IMG/VR virus record: IMGVR_UViG_3300009082_000018
Coordinates: 45,594 to 109,593 of that record
Origin: a virus
Length of the DNA stretch: 64,000 nt
Reading direction: 5' to 3' (one strand)
Part shown: piece by piece, positions 63,885 to 64,000 of the stretch
Numbering within the stretch: the first letter of the stretch is position 1
Layout of the letters: the number at the start of each line of letters is the position of its first letter
Translations under genes and position numbers: made by a program
Notes under the pieces: model-generated
The model's input: the letters and a program-made list of their open reading frames with translations, nothing else
Told to the model about the DNA's origin: nothing
The model's database searches: none

Positions 63885-64000
63885 GGTATCCTCCTACTGG
63901 TCCCCGACGTGGGTCTGCAGGCGACCGATCATTGATCGGATCGTGTCAGCCATCAGTGCATCTCGGTAGTTCTCGATCCTGTTGATCAGCACGTCGCACA

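Overview
The window is part of a large dsDNA tailed-phage genome (GC roughly 55-60% by eye, standard genetic code). Region 1-10.9 kb (+ strand) carries a helicase end, an amidase endolysin, a DNA methylase and a J-domain protein. These are followed by a translation-rescue island: a 51-codon leader ORF with an attenuator, 43 tRNA genes covering all 20 amino acids with no repeated anticodon except CAU x3, a circularly permuted anticodon-less tRNA mimic, four Y RNAs (two YrlA-type), an HNH nuclease, Ro60/Rsr and an RHH-like protein. Region 11-47 kb (- strand) holds nucleotide metabolism, terminase and recombination/replication genes (SbcCD, RecA, SSB, UvsY-like, PolA, primase, DnaB, RuvC), a bacterial-type histone, an H1-like protein, a sigma factor and CobS/CobT. 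Region 48-64 kb (- strand) is mostly small accessory genes and holds 11 of the 13 copies of a promoter-like motif. Top candidate for a new system: the leader ORF (3805-3960) uses 41 different codons and all 20 amino acids, and its last codons form the antiterminator for the terminator in front of the tRNA array. It looks like a pan-tRNA starvation sensor that switches on a replacement tRNA set. Two recurrent short peptide tags (KKxPPP, and C-terminal RxxAPWKDI) are also notable. All calls were made by eye from motifs; no searches were run.
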